Positions 40,295-54,600 of a DNA stretch of 64,000 bases are shown here, piece by piece; the stretch's first letter is position 1; each line of letters begins with the position of its first letter. The notes beneath the pieces were generated by a model. That model was not told the DNA's origin. It made no database searches and was given only the letters and a program-made list of their open reading frames with translations. The translations under genes and the position numbers were made by a program. This DNA comes from Adineta vaga (taxonomy: Eukaryota > Animalia > Rotifera). The DNA lies in assembly GCA_021613535.1 (NCBI GenBank), contig CP075497.1, positions 8,928,001 to 8,992,000 on the forward strand, written 5' to 3'.

Positions 40295-40930
40295 TCAGAA
40301 ATGATGTCTAGAAACATCAAGTGACCAGCCTTTTCGCTCGTCTTCTTCAATAGTTTCCCAATTTGGTGAATGAACACCTGGTGTCATATGATTAAAATCT
40401 AAAACCTTATTCCAATAATCAATTGCCCAAATAAGACCACTTTGAACAATATCTCGTTGTTTAGATTTATACTCCACAGTGTATGGAGCAAATCGACAAT
40501 GATGACATCCTTCAATAATTGGTTGTGCACTAATATGAACATAGAAATCACATTCGTCACTTGTATGAATATTTAATTGTTGACAAGCTAGAGCAAATTC
40601 ACATTGATGACATTCATCAATATTAACTGATTTGGAACATGGACCGACAATGAGAACACAACCATGAAGATTTTTAATTTGTAATGATGATGGAATACCT
40701 TTAAGAAAGATTTCACAATGTTCTAAATTTTCAATAGCAACATCTTTTCCATTGACTTGATCAGATTCAAATTGAATAAATTCATCATGTTTATTAGTAA
40801 CATTAACCATATTCTTCGACATAGAACTGACTTGATCATTCATTAAAAATCTAGTAGATGTTTCATGAAATTCTATGTTCATTTTGATTTGCTCTTGTTC
40901 ATCTTGACTACTTTCACCAATCTGTTCCAT
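40295..40930 (-). CDS. Tubulin-binding cofactor C / RP2-type beta-helix (C-CAP) domain protein, 211 aa
   Basis: DVAIENLEHCEI, LIVGPCSKSVNIDEC, ACQQLNIH, PIIEGC..CRFAPY, WNKVLDFN..SPNW. Confidence 0.85.
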   Translation of the reverse strand: MEQIGESSQDEQEQIKMNIEFHETSTRFLMNDQVSSMSKNMVNVTNKHDEFIQFESDQVNGKDVAIENLEHCEIFLKGIPSSLQIKNLHGCVLIVGPCSKSVNIDECHQCEFALACQQLNIHTSDECDFYVHISAQPIIEGCHHCRFAPYTVEYKSKQRDIVQSGLIWAIDYWNKVLDFNHMTPGVHSPNWETIEEDERKGWSLDVSRHHF

Positions 40931-41478
40931 GATCTGTAAAATAACTAAATTGAAAGAAAATGTACTGTATGCCTCGTTATTATAAAATAGTTCGTATAAA
41001 TATTAACAATATTTAAGGTTTCTGAGTCACTAAAGAGTGGGTGTATCATTTTCTCATCGTCTATATGTAGAAAAAAGGTGTCAAGTAAGCGATTGATTGT
41101 GTGAGTGCAAGACTGTCTTTTGTCCTTGAATGATCAAATGATTGGAAATAGGAGGGGAAAAAAGTAATTATTGACTCATGACGTCTTTTCGTGGCTTCGA
41201 ACAGACTTTTCTTCTTCAGTAACAAATATTTCATTGGACAATCATATTCACCAATTATGTTCTTCACGCATTGATCGATCAATGTATAAAATTTTGATTT
41301 CTCTCTCTCTCTCTCTTCCCCTTCCCACATGATGTCAAGTCATTTTGAAAAGCGGAAATATATACAAGAAAAAAAAATATTATTCATTTTTACTTCTTAT
41401 ACAACTGAAAAGTTCTGATTTTCGAGGAACTCATCGAAATAATTTCGTCGAAAATTTCTAATACTAAATTCTCAAGAA

Positions 41479-44467
41479 ATGAATAACATTTTTTTGACAA
41501 TAGTAAATAAATAAATATATCTTGTGAGAGCAACTGATTATATAATCATCTGAACAATCACTAGCGGCATCACATAAGAGACATCTATGTATTCGCTATC
41601 AATTCCAGAAACGAGTAATAGCAAATGAAAATTTATATGAAATACAAAGATTAGTCATTGGGAAAAGATTTGAGAGTGCAACAAAAGGGAAGAAAATTAT
41701 CTTCTTTTATTCATTTTCAGCTGCACGTAAGAATATCTCAGACTTCGAATTATGCTGCAGACAATCCCTATTGATCAAGTTAAAGAAGCACTTGATCAAT
41801 TTAGTAAAGTATATTTTGAAAAAAGATTGAAATTTCACAATAAAAATGACATCTTTCTCAATCTTATAGGGACAGAAGTATTTGTATAATACTTTAACAA
41901 CAACTATTAAAGACAATCAAACCAATGTAAATGAATTTTCTTTCATATTAAGAAAACGAAAGAATTTTGATTTTTCTGTTCTAGGAAATATGGTTTATTC
42001 ATCTATTAGATGAATTACGTGATAATGTGGATTTATTTGAGAATTCTAATGAACAATTTCTGGATTTTTTACAAGTTCGATTTTCGATTGAATTTCTAAT
42101 CGTTGACTTTTTCTTTTCATGCATTTAGTTACAAATTGATTGGTCAAAACAATCAAAAACTGTCCTGGATACATTTCGAGCATTTCAAATTAATCTGATT
42201 TCATGCAATACCAAACATGCCCAACGTTATTTAAGCTTTTTATTTACAATTTTTACGATACCAGGTATGTATTGTATTCAAATAACAAAAAAAATATCGT
42301 CTTATTAATCTTGTGTTTGAAATCTATCGAATTCTTCTAGAACTTGCAAATATTCGTCTTCCACTTCATGATTTTGCTCATGAAACTTTGGAACAACTTG
42401 TTCTTATCGTTCCATTGTATGTATTTTATAGAGTAAATGAATATTATGAAAATGAAAATTTCGTTTAAGAGCATCAACGCTTCTATGTGCGATTGCTGAA
42501 CAACAATTTCCGTTTATGACAAAGGAAATTACAATTCAAATATCTTATGTGAAAAATTTACTTCGATCTTTATCTTATTTATCTATTCAACGTTTACGTT
42601 TTCTTGAAATAATTCTTTCGAAACTACTCCGTCTCGATGTAAATTTCTTAGTCTTAAAAATCAATTCAATCTTGTTGTATTTTTATTCCAAAGGTTCATG
42701 CTTCTCGTCAAGATATTATTCGTGAAGAAAAATCGAGTATTGAAACAGAACTTGTCTTTTCTCTTGAACAACTTGATACGAATGATAATGCGAGCAATAC
42801 AATGAAACATGATCAAGCTGATAAACTTGATTGTCTTATGTTCGTGATGTTTGAATATATCAATAGTGTATGTCTTGGGAATGGTAAATGATTTCTAAAA
42901 GATAAAAATAAAAACAATATTCATCGATTCTATTCTAGGAACAGTGAATTATGAACAAACAAAATCTTTATTTCGTGATCTGTTAATGATATTTAATAAG
43001 ATTTTATTACCAACACATGATTCATCTCATGTACAATTCTTACTATTTTATATTTGTAGTTTTCATACAGTAATTATTCAAAAACCAAAAGACCATTCAT
43101 TTTAGTTTTCTTTATTCGAAAATTCTGTTTTTCTCTTCTAGGATTTTAGTGATGAATTTATGAATAATTGTTGGAAAACATTCGTATCACCATCAGTATC
43201 GATGACATTTCGACAAGCATCCATTTGCTATTTATGTAGTTTAATTGCTCGTGCGAAATATATACCAATCAGGTAAATATTTATTCTAATGATAAACTAA
43301 TATCATCAAAGAATATTCGTTCAGATCAGCATTAAATATTACACAATTGATGGTAGATTGGTTACAAACATATGTTAGTACAACAGAAACAAATAGTGGA
43401 AATGCAAATCCAAATCGTCATTTACCATTCTATGCGATATGTCAAGCTGTTCTTTATATATTTATCTATCGACATCAAGAAATCGCTCGTCTACCTGATG
43501 GTAAATAAATATTGACGAGAAAAACAACTATTTTCTAAATCAGATATTTTTTACCTTTTTATTCATATTTATTGAAGATGACATTTCATGACATTTTGCT
43601 AGAATGAATAATGTCATTACACTTGTGCAATTACATTAATAATCAAGATGACAATTATGAATCATTGTTAGAGAATTTTATGGTTTTTCCTTTTTAGGTA
43701 TTGAAATTGTATTAAGATGGAGAATAGGACGTGTCATATCTTCTGAATTGAATCCATTGAAATATTGTTTACCAGCTATTACACTTCGATTTGCTCAATT
43801 AGCCAGGTAAATCATCAATTCGAAACGTTTTTCATATTCTTCATTTCATTTTTTAGAAACTATCAAATTGTTTTCTGTTATTCAATTATTGAAACAAACA
43901 ATCGTTATTCATTACCGGAAACATTCTCAACGAATGATTATCAAAATGGAAATCTACCATCTAATATTCTCTATTCATATTTTCCATTTGATCCATATGT
44001 ATTAAAACGATCTTTAGTTTTCATTCAACCAATTTATAATGATTATCGAGATGAAAATGATGATTCACATATGGGCAAAGATTCCGACGACAATGACGTA
44101 AGTGTTTTATTATATAAATATGATTAAATACATAGTACAAATCAATATTGACTTGAATGAATAAGGCACTACTCACTAAGTGTAATAGTTTGATGACTCC
44201 GATTGAATTCTGTTTTTTTCTTTTTAGCGTCAAGAGATTGATGATTCAGATGATGTTTTAACTTCAATGATGATGAGTACTACACCTGGTAGTTCAGATT
44301 CACTTGATCATTTACCAATCACAACAATGTCAACATCATTTAAAAACTCTCGAAATCCTCCATCAGTTTTACCATTTGGTCGTTCACCTGGCTTTCGGAA
44401 TTATCAACTGACACTTCATATTTTTTTTTCTATACCTAGTCATTCATTCCATACTTTCTACTCATAA
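41479..44467 (+). CDS. RRN3: RNA polymerase I transcription initiation factor RRN3/TIF-IA, multi-exon (first exon uncertain; clear from 41985)
   Basis: DKLDCLM, ILLPTHDSSHVQFLLFYICS, RQASICYLCSLIARAKYI, HLPFYAICQAVLYIFIYRH, SELNPLKYCLP, YFPFDPYVLKRS. Confidence 0.9.
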
Positions 44468-44893
44468 TATTACTTTAACGTAATGTTTCTGTCATTGTCT
44501 CTTGGTCAAAGTTCTTCTACGCAGAGAGATATTGTTGAACGTTGTTTTTTTAATAAAGAAAAAAACCGACAGGATGGATAGAATATTCACAAATATAGAA
44601 AAATAATATTTCATACATACAATAAATAGAGATGAATTACCGACTAAACGGATAGAATCATGTGGAAACGAAAATGTTGTGTGTGTGTGTGTTTCTCTCT
44701 TTCTCTTTCTATAAACGTGGACAAATAGAAAACAACAACAACAACCGAACGAATGAATTATGATCACGAAAGAACAAAGCACCAGACAAAAAAGAAAATT
44801 AAAATAAACGAAACTGAAATCGAACAAGAGAAAAATAAGCATGCAGATTAGAAAATGATATCAGTTGTTTATTCATAAAAAATTTTTAATTAT

Positions 44894-47800
44894 TTATTTG
44901 AATGTTGCTGAAGCTTCACGTAATTCTCCAGCGATCTATAAAAACAAATGAAAAACTAAGTAATAAATAATCGAAATATTTACTTTTTCATAAAATTGTA
45001 TTTGTTCATCAACGACGTTTTTCAGATATTCATTAAGATCCTTAACTTTTTGTTTTTGAAAAAAATTTATTTCAGCTAATACAACATGATTAAGATCATG
45101 AGCACGACGAGCAGCATCGCTAACATCTATTCCACGTTGCTGAACAGTTTTCATGAAATCTGATGCACTCTATTCAAAAGAAAAGAAAAGAAAATAAATG
45201 ATTTCTTTTATCATGAAGATTTTGTCTCTTACTCGTTGAATACTTAATATAGATGGAAAACAAGCAAGAAGTCCAATATATTCTTGAATACGTTCGTTAA
45301 AGTCTCGAAGACCTTCACTTCCCTAAATGAAACCATGTAAACGTTTGTAAAACTATTCAAATCGTGTACAATCTTTCACATACTTTAATTTTATATAATT
45401 CAGCTATTCCACCATAAGATCCACTAATTTTTTGTATTGAATTCGAAAGTTCTTTATTGCCTGGCGTTGTTGTATCGCTCTGAACAGCAGTATGAACTTT
45501 AGAGAATAATTCACTCATTTTTTGAATATCTCGTTCATAGACTTCCGTATGTCGTTCGATATATTTCGCTAAACCTTGATTAAGATTTTTAAAGTGTGAT
45601 TCAAGAGATGGTTGTTGATGAACAAAGGCATCAATTTGTGAATGACTGAATAGAAATCAATATTACTCATTTAAATTGTTGGTTAGAAAAAAATAATAAA
45701 AGACTTCATACATTTTAACTTCATCTATTCTTGTTTCTTTGATAGTAACACATTGAAGCCATGGTGCATCACGAAATTCATCTTTTTCACTTTTTCGTTT
45801 TCCTGCTTTCCAATCCTAATACCATTAAAGAAACAAAAACATCTTGTTTCATCTCTTATTACATTCAATATTTACTATGTTACCTTCTTATTCTTTTCAC
45901 TAGAATCACATGAAATAAAATGGAAAACAGGAAATGATGCACAAAGTACAGGATGATGACATATACGATTAAGCCATAATTCAAGTTGTCGTCGACGTTC
46001 ATCAATAAATTCCTGTTCAAATCGTCCTATAAAAGGAGTCATAAATATCTAGTTTTTGTATTCATAAATCTTACCTGCTATTTGTTTGCCAGGTAAAGGT
46101 GGAATACAAATAAACCGAAATTTATTAACAAGTTGTTCATGTAACCAATCAAATTGTTTATAACGTCTTCCAACAATACGACTGTCTGGAATCTAAATAA
46201 AATCAAGATATACTTTTCGTATATAACAAAAAGAAGTTGCAATTCTTTACTTGTGCTTGAAATTTATATTCCATAAATGCTTTTAATCCACCTAATTTCG
46301 ATCCTTTGGATGTTTCTTCAAATTTAACACTAAATGGTGGTATACGAGGATTAGGTGACCAACAAACACCACCTTCTCGTTCATCATACTTAATAAAAAG
46401 AAAATATAAAATTATTCAATTCATCATTTGAATTCTTACAGTTATGTCAACATGTTCCTCTGTTGCTTTTCCTTTGACACCATTTAATAAATAATTATCT
46501 AAGCCATGTTTATCAAAAAATCTAAATAGACAAATAAATAAACACTCAGTTTTATTCGATAGTCATCTTTATTTACCGTGCTCGAGGGGGACCTTTTATT
46601 GTTTCACCACCAACCATTGAACTTCGAACTTGATTCGATAATGTTGAATGGATCGGTAACTGAAAAGTTGAATTCAAATAAAACGTATATAGATGATTAG
46701 TAAATTTTTGTCAAGAAAAAAGCAATATGAGAATAGTGCATGCAATAACTCACACAACACAAATACAATAATGCAATAATACAAGGGACAAATGAGATTT
46801 TCTCAACTAACCGTAGTTGTGATATTTACTGAAGACTGTTTTATTTGCTGAAATATTAGCAGTTATTATCTTCTATCTATCTCATGAGAAATCGAAAACA
46901 AAATGAATACTTACAGTATGTAAATTTGTGTTATTTGGTGGAGCTGTAGGATATTCCGAATCACTAAAACTATCATCAGAATCTGTATCTTTTTTTGATA
47001 ATTGACGATTTGTCTAAATGAAAAGAAAAAAAGATTAGATATTTGTCATAGAAAAAAACTAAGTAATTGAGCGATAAACAATCAAGAGCAGAACTATATG
47101 GACTAATAAAATTACAATGATTTCGATTGGATGATTAGATAGAATTTGAATCTTGAGCGGAATGCTATTTGAGCATGAATGTTAGACCTCTTCGGAATGT
47201 TTATGTTTTTCTTTGAATTTTTTTGGTTTTCGTGATAAAGTGAAGAGTTTAAGAAAATCGTTCGATTTTTTCGTTTTCATTGTGGGTAAAAGTTCTTCGG
47301 GCATTGAATTTGTATATTTTAATTTCGTTGAAGTCGAGCCAGGAGTATGATTATTTGAGGCTGTTTGATTCGTTATCGAACGAGTCAATGAATGTGCATT
47401 TTCGTAAGTACAAATGGACGTTTGTGATTGTAATGATGTTGGGACTAAAAAGTCATTCGACAGTGTTGTTTGTTCGGGAAAATTCATTTTATGAAATGTA
47501 TTTGTTGGTGTTGATGTTTTTGGAAGTGTAACATACCATTCTTCCGAATGATCACCGAATGAATTCTTTTTCTCTGTTGAATTTTCGATATGAACGAAAT
47601 CTTGATTCATTTGTACATCCATTACAGTTATGTATTCATCATGTATATTATCTGATACAGTCTGAGTATGAAATGAATTAATATCTAATTCTGAAGGAGA
47701 TTTCGATGGTTGAATAGATTTATTCAAGTTTTGCTTAACTACGAACTATTCGAACCATTGGAATAGATGATTCGTTAGAATAAGAAATATATATGTGTAT

Positions 47801-48297
47801 CTAAGAATTGTATGTAGCTTACATTAGTTAATGCTAGTGGTGGTGATGATGGCCATGCTGATGTTTCTTGGGATTGCCAATTATTCGTATATGTCGCCGG
47901 ATTCATATATTGATGTTGATCATACGGCGGTGGTGGATAAGTAGATTGTGACGTATTATTATTGCTACTGAGTACATCGAGATTTGGATAATTATTATTT
48001 GTATGAGAAAATGTCGATAAAGCTGGTGGTGGTTCATTTGGTTCTGGTGGATCAACTAAAGCTTCAACATAATTTTCCGGAATGACACCAACTTGTCCAT
48101 AAGAACTTTTTGCAAACCTTATTAGTTTTAATGATGAAAATTGAATCGATCATTTACAAAATATCATCTTACCACCATCCATGTCCAGCCGTATTTGAGG
48201 TTATCGTAAGGATTTCATTTGCCTTAAAACTTAATTCATTTGGACCTTCGGCAACAAAATCGTAGAGTGCACGTGCTTTGAATTCACTATTAGACAT
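44894..48297 (-). CDS. Sorting nexin 9/18/33 family (SH3-PX-BAR), multi-exon
   Basis: SH3 ARALYDFVAEGPNELSFKANE...GW|W...GVIPENYVE. PX KLGGLKAFMEY, RRYKQFDWLHEQL..KF..ICIPPLPGKQ. BAR WKAGKRKSEKDE, VVLAEINFF...QIQFYEK. Confidence 0.92.
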
Positions 48298-48620
48298 ATT
48301 CTCACGTATAGAATATAGACATTTAATCTAAATCAACAAGAATCTGAGTAAAGGACGTCAATGAGAAAAATAATCGGAGAGGAAGAAGAAAAGGTAGACA
48401 ATTGTTCGTGGGGGAGAAGAAGGAAAAAAAAGCAATGCCCAATGAGTCATTTGAAAACAAAATTTTCTATTTGTTGATTTATTGACTAATCAATGAACAG
48501 ATATGACGAACAATGAATAATTGTAATTGATATAGTAGTTTAGTAGCTGTGTATGTATATTCGATACTAGAAGATTGTTTTTAAAGTTTCATAGAATAGT
48601 TTTGATTATTTCAAAATCGA

Positions 48621-51600
48621 ATGGCAAAATCGAATGGTACAGAAGCTCGTGTTCAAGTTGCTGTTCGAACTAGACCATTGAATCAACGAGAAGTAAATAA
48701 TTAATTTCATTTATAAAAAGTACAAAAACTCAATATTTTTTTCACATTAATCAGATAGATTTAAAATCTCCAGGTGTTGTCAGTATTCATGGTTCACAAG
48801 TATTGGTCAATAAATCTCAAGACAAGTAATTTAAATTTTCATGCATGTCAAATATTACTTTTTGTTTATCGTAGAACACATGGATCAAAAACATTTTCCT
48901 ATGATTTCTGTTTTGATTCAATGCATTTAGATAATTCAAATTATGCTAGTATGTATTTTCTTTGAAAAATCCTATACATTTGATTAATTTAGATCAAGCT
49001 ACCATATATGAAAAACTTGGTGTTCAAGTTGTTAAACATGCATTTGAAGGTTATAATGCTTGTATATTTGCCTACGGTCAAACAGGTTGATTTCAACGAA
49101 CTATTGTTGTTTTTTTCTTCAAAAAATGAAATATGTTTGTTGTTTGATTAGGCTCAGGAAAGTCATATACAATGATGGGAACTCATACTGATCGTGGTAT
49201 TATTCCACGTTTATGTCAAGCAATGTTAGATCAAATTGAGAATGAAATAAAACAAGAAATAAATAATAATTCTGAAATGAAATTAATTACTAATGAAAAA
49301 ATTAATGATATTTTATCATTAAAATTTTCATCATCTTATCGAATTGAAGTTTCATACTTTGAAATCTACAATGAAAGAGTTCGAGATTTGCTTAATCCAA
49401 ATAAGTAAATTTAAATCTATTACAATAGAAAATAAACTCATCATATTCTTCTTTTTTTTCTAGTAATCATCATGCATTAAAAGTACGTGAGAATAAAATT
49501 CTTGGACCTTATGTAGATGGACTTTCTCAACTTGTTGTTACATCCTATCAGGTAATATTTCCTTTTTAATTTCGTTCAACTTAAATATATATATATATAT
49601 ATATCTTTGTAGGAAATTGAAACTTTATTAATCGAAGGTAATAATTATCGAACAGTAGCATCAACAAATATGAATACTGAAAGTTCACGTTCTCATGCTG
49701 TATTCACTTTGAAATTAACACAGACACTATCAACTGATGCAACTGAAGTAAGAAATGAAACCAAATAAAAATGAGGTTTCTAATGAAACTAATACTTTAT
49801 TTAGACGCAAAGTGTCAAAGTGAGTAAAATAAGTCTAGTTGACTTAGCTGGATCTGAACGTGCATCAAAAAGTGGTGCTCAAATTGAACATACACGCTTT
49901 CGAGAAGGATGCAATATAAACAAGTATAAGACAAATTGAAAATCTTTTATTTTGATGAAAATTCTATGGATTTATTAGATCACTTTCTACACTTGGTCTT
50001 GTTATTTCTGCATTAGCAACACGTCAATCCAATGAAAATAGTTTAAAATCAACGAAGAAAACATTTGTTCCTTACCGAGATTCCGTCTTAACTTGGTTAT
50101 TAAAAGTAAACAAACTTCTCAATCTTGAAGAAAAGTTTTACGATTATTATTTTATACTTTTTTTCAGGATAGTTTAGGTGGAAATTCATTTACGATTATG
50201 TTAGCAACAATCTCTCCAGCTTATGATAATTATGAAGAAACAATCTCAACGTTACGTTATGCTGATCAAGCAAAGAAAATTGTTAATCATGCTGTTATTA
50301 ATGAAGATGAACCAGGAACAATCATTCGAGATTTACGAGATGAAATTGATAAATTACGAAAAGAATTAGCTGATGCAAAAGCTGAAAAATCAGCAGAAAC
50401 ATTGAATGCTGAAATAAAAGAAAATGAAAAATTAATGCAAACAATAACGAAAGATTGGCAAGAACGAATTGCTGAAACAGATAAGATAAGCAAAGTAAGA
50501 TGAGAACACGATGGTTAATAGGAAAGAGAAAAAACAACGAAATTGATTTGATTTTCATTAGGAACGACATGAATTATTGGAGAAAAGTGGTATATCTGTT
50601 TGTAGTTCAGGTATTGGTCTTGAAAAAGATCGATTATATTTGGTTAATCTCAATCCTGATCCAGCATTAAATGAATTATTAGTTTATTATTTGAAAGTAA
50701 TTGTTTGAAAAACTGAAAGAAGAGATTTCTTTTTATGAGAGATTAATTTTAGCCTATAACAACAATTGGTCGACCAGATGCATCAATAAAACAAGATATT
50801 GAATTAAATGGTGTTGGTATTTCACCTGAACATTGTGTAATTGAAGTTAAAAATTCTACACAGATAGTTCTTATACCTTTAAATAAATCGAAGTAAGTTA
50901 AAAGATTTGAAAAATTTTCAATTCAATTTTTATTTCTTTATTATAGAACTTATGTTAATGGTCAATTGATTGATAATGAAAAATCATTAAGACATGGCGA
51001 TCGAATTTTATTGGGATGTTCACATTTTTTTCGTTTAAATTCACCTGGTGATAGAAGTAAGTATCAAGTACATGTGATAAACTCCATTTTTGTTCTTTTG
51101 TCTATGTTCTGACAGGTGACAAACCTTGATTGATGACGGTTTTCATCAGTCCTTATCTATATAGATGATAGATAACTAGAGATAATTTCTAATCAACAGT
51201 GTAAAGTCTGACTGTAGTTTTTGACGAAAGAATTTAGATTTCAAATCTTCTATATACATATTATTATTATTCTATACAATAGAGTATTCATAGAAGAAAA
51301 CTTATTCTTTTCCGATCGAGTCCTATTCATAAATACTTAAGATGTAATTGTTAACCTATTCTAATCAATTGAGTTCATAGAGATAGATCATTGACTAAAG
51401 AAATGATTCTATTTTTATTTCTATATATATATATATATGAATAGAATAAAACAATTGATCGTTTGATTTTATAGATTCAACAAATAACAATTCTGTTATG
51501 TCATCAATAATGAATACATCATCGCATTTATCATTTATTGATGCTCAAAATGAATTTTTACTTAATCAATTAGCGACAGATCCAATGACAAAAGATTTAC

Positions 51601-54600
51601 GATTATTTTTAAAACAAGATGAAAATAATCAAGAAAACAATCGTAATTTATTGAAAAAAAAAACACTTTTAGTTTTCTTTATATCAAATTTATTCTTTTA
51701 GGACTTCTTCCACAGAAAACATCGGATGTCTATGAAAGAGAAATTGAATATCTTAAAGCACAACTGATGCGCAGTGATAGTCGATCATCGACAATTAATT
51801 CAAAAACGCGTGCTTTTGAAGAGTCCCTTTCAAAATGGCGTTTTTCAAATAAACTTCTCACTGAGTATAATTCAATCTTTGAAACAAATTCAATAGAAAT
51901 TCTTTCGTATCTTATCGATTTAGATCTGAACAAAGTCGAGCTTTCTTTAATCGTTTAAAACAAGATTTAATTCGTGTTAATGCTTTGGTATCCGAAGCGA
52001 ATACAATAGCTAGTGAAATGCAACGAAATACAACCTATAGTGCAATGTTACAAATTCCTGTTTCATATTTGAAACCAAGTCAACGTGTATGTCAAATAGA
52101 GTAGAATAGAAGTTATTTTGAATTAATTCACTATTTGTTTTTCAGACTACAACTAACTTATGTGAACCAGCTGTCCAAGTAAAACGACGCAATTTATCAC
52201 CACAAATATGGAATATTGAAAAATTTGAATCAAAATTAAATGATATGAGAGAAGTTTATTATGAATGGCAAATGTCTGAGAATAAAGTAGATATTAGATT
52301 GGGTTTTATTATTAAATTTTTTTATTTTCATTCAATATTTAGAATCAATTATCAGCACAACAACCAAAACGATATGATCCTTTCTTTGATGTAGAAGAAT
52401 ATAATAGTTTAATTGGTGTTGCAAATATTTTTTTAAAAGCATTATTTTATGATTCTAAACTTGATTATCTCGTACCAATTATTAATACACAAGGAGAGGT
52501 ATTAAATAGAATATTTTTCATCATTTGAATTTAAAGTTCAATAATACACTAATAATTTCTAAAAGAATGTTTTCTGTTATTAATTATTTATTTATTTATT
52601 CAGATTTCTGGTTCACTTCATGTTGTCCTTATTCAAATCGGTACATCATCAATGAAAAAATTAAGTGATTTTCAACCAAGAACTACTCCACGTGTCAGTA
52701 TTAGCGAAGGAATAAGTATTGATACAGATGAAAACAGTTTAAGTGAAGCTAGTGCCAGTCAAAATAGTCTGGATGATGAAAGTATTGATGATTCAACGGG
52801 CGTATTCAGCAATAGGCCTAATCAAATAACTGTTAAGGTATGTATTTTAAATTGTCTTTGATAGTATAATTAGATGGAGCGAATTCGTTTTAGTTTGCAA
52901 TAAAAGAAGTTCGAGATTTACCTCAATGTGATGGTGATAATATTATGTGTCGATATACTTTTATCAATCAAAAAGATGAACAACAAATATTTTCAATCAA
53001 ACTATCGTCAACAATATCAGATGATGAAAATAATGATGAGACAGAGAAAAAACCACGAATATTTTCTTTTAATCATGAAAAAGTAATGAAAAACATTTTT
53101 TTTTCTGAAAAGATTGATTTCTCATATTTCTCTTACAGGAATATACATTTACCATTACGGATAATTTTATGACAACATGTCTTGAAAGTGCAGTTTCAAT
53201 TGAAGTTTGGTATCATTATAATACAATACCATTATCAGTAAATTCCAATGCAAAGAATGAACGTAATCGACGAGATGCAGAAATTCGAGCATTGAGTAAT
53301 CGATGGAAAGAAGTGAAACGACATATACAATATGCAGTAGAAATTCATGAATTGGATGCATCAGGCAAATGGGAACCAGTAGAGGTAGATGCTCAACAGT
53401 CACAGATTATCAGTGGAGGTGTTTATCGATTACGACAGGTAAATTAATACATTAAAAAACGATTTTGTTTATCTTTACTATCGTTTATTTGGTAATTAGG
53501 GTCAATCAAAACGTCTTGTAGCACGTTTACGTGTAATTCCTCAATCAGGAACTATGCCACTTGTTCTTCATGCAATTCGATCGGTTGAAATTGGTTCGAT
53601 AAGTACTCGGAAAATAAATGCACCACGTCAATTAGATTCATATCAAGATGAAGAATTACAACGTTTAAGACGTGAATGGCTTGATCTAATTGAGAAACGT
53701 AAACTTTATCTTGAATCCGAAGTAAAAATGTTAAGTCAACAAACAAGTAAGTGATAATAAATGAAATATATATTTTTATAAGTTTTCTCGACTATTCATT
53801 CAGATAAAACACCAAACGATTTGGAAAGAGAAACAACTTTACTTGAACAACTTATTCGTTTAGCTGAAGAAAGAAATTTTGCAGAATTTCCACCACCAGG
53901 AAGTGGAATACCAGGTAAATGACAATGATGAGAAATGATTTTATTTGTAAATTTTTGTATTCATTAGGTTCACCACCATGTTGGACACCGCCAGCAACTA
54001 TTGAAGAACATCGTCCATTGGTATTTCTAGATTTAGATCCTGTTCATTTGAATACAACAAATGATACGGCTGGTCTTAAAGCAACATTGAGTGAAGAAAA
54101 TAAGAATGATATGTTTCGTTTACCATTACTTCATCATGCTTCTGATGAGGTAAGATTTTTTGTTTTAATATAATCTGTTTATTTCAATCTCCTTCAGGTT
54201 CGTGCTGTGGCTCAATGGGATCCATCGATACATGAAGCAACTGAAATGTAAAGATTGCTTTTTTTTCTTATTATTTTAAAATTTATGAAATTAAAATCAT
54301 TTAGGAACCGTGTGACACCAAATAATACAATTATATATATGATTGTGAAAATAATTGTACTGATATCTCAACCTGTTCGTATGGAACTTATTTTACGTAA
54401 ACGTATCGCTACAACTATTGGTAAAACAGAAGGTTGGTGGTCAGGAAAAGCAATGAAATATCTTCTTGGTTATATGTGAAAGATCTTTTTCTCTTGTAGA
54501 AAAGAAAAAGATTCATATCTATTATATTTAGAAACCATATCGACGAACGAGCGTTGTTTATGAAATTGTATCAAGTATACCGAAATATATTCATGAAATT

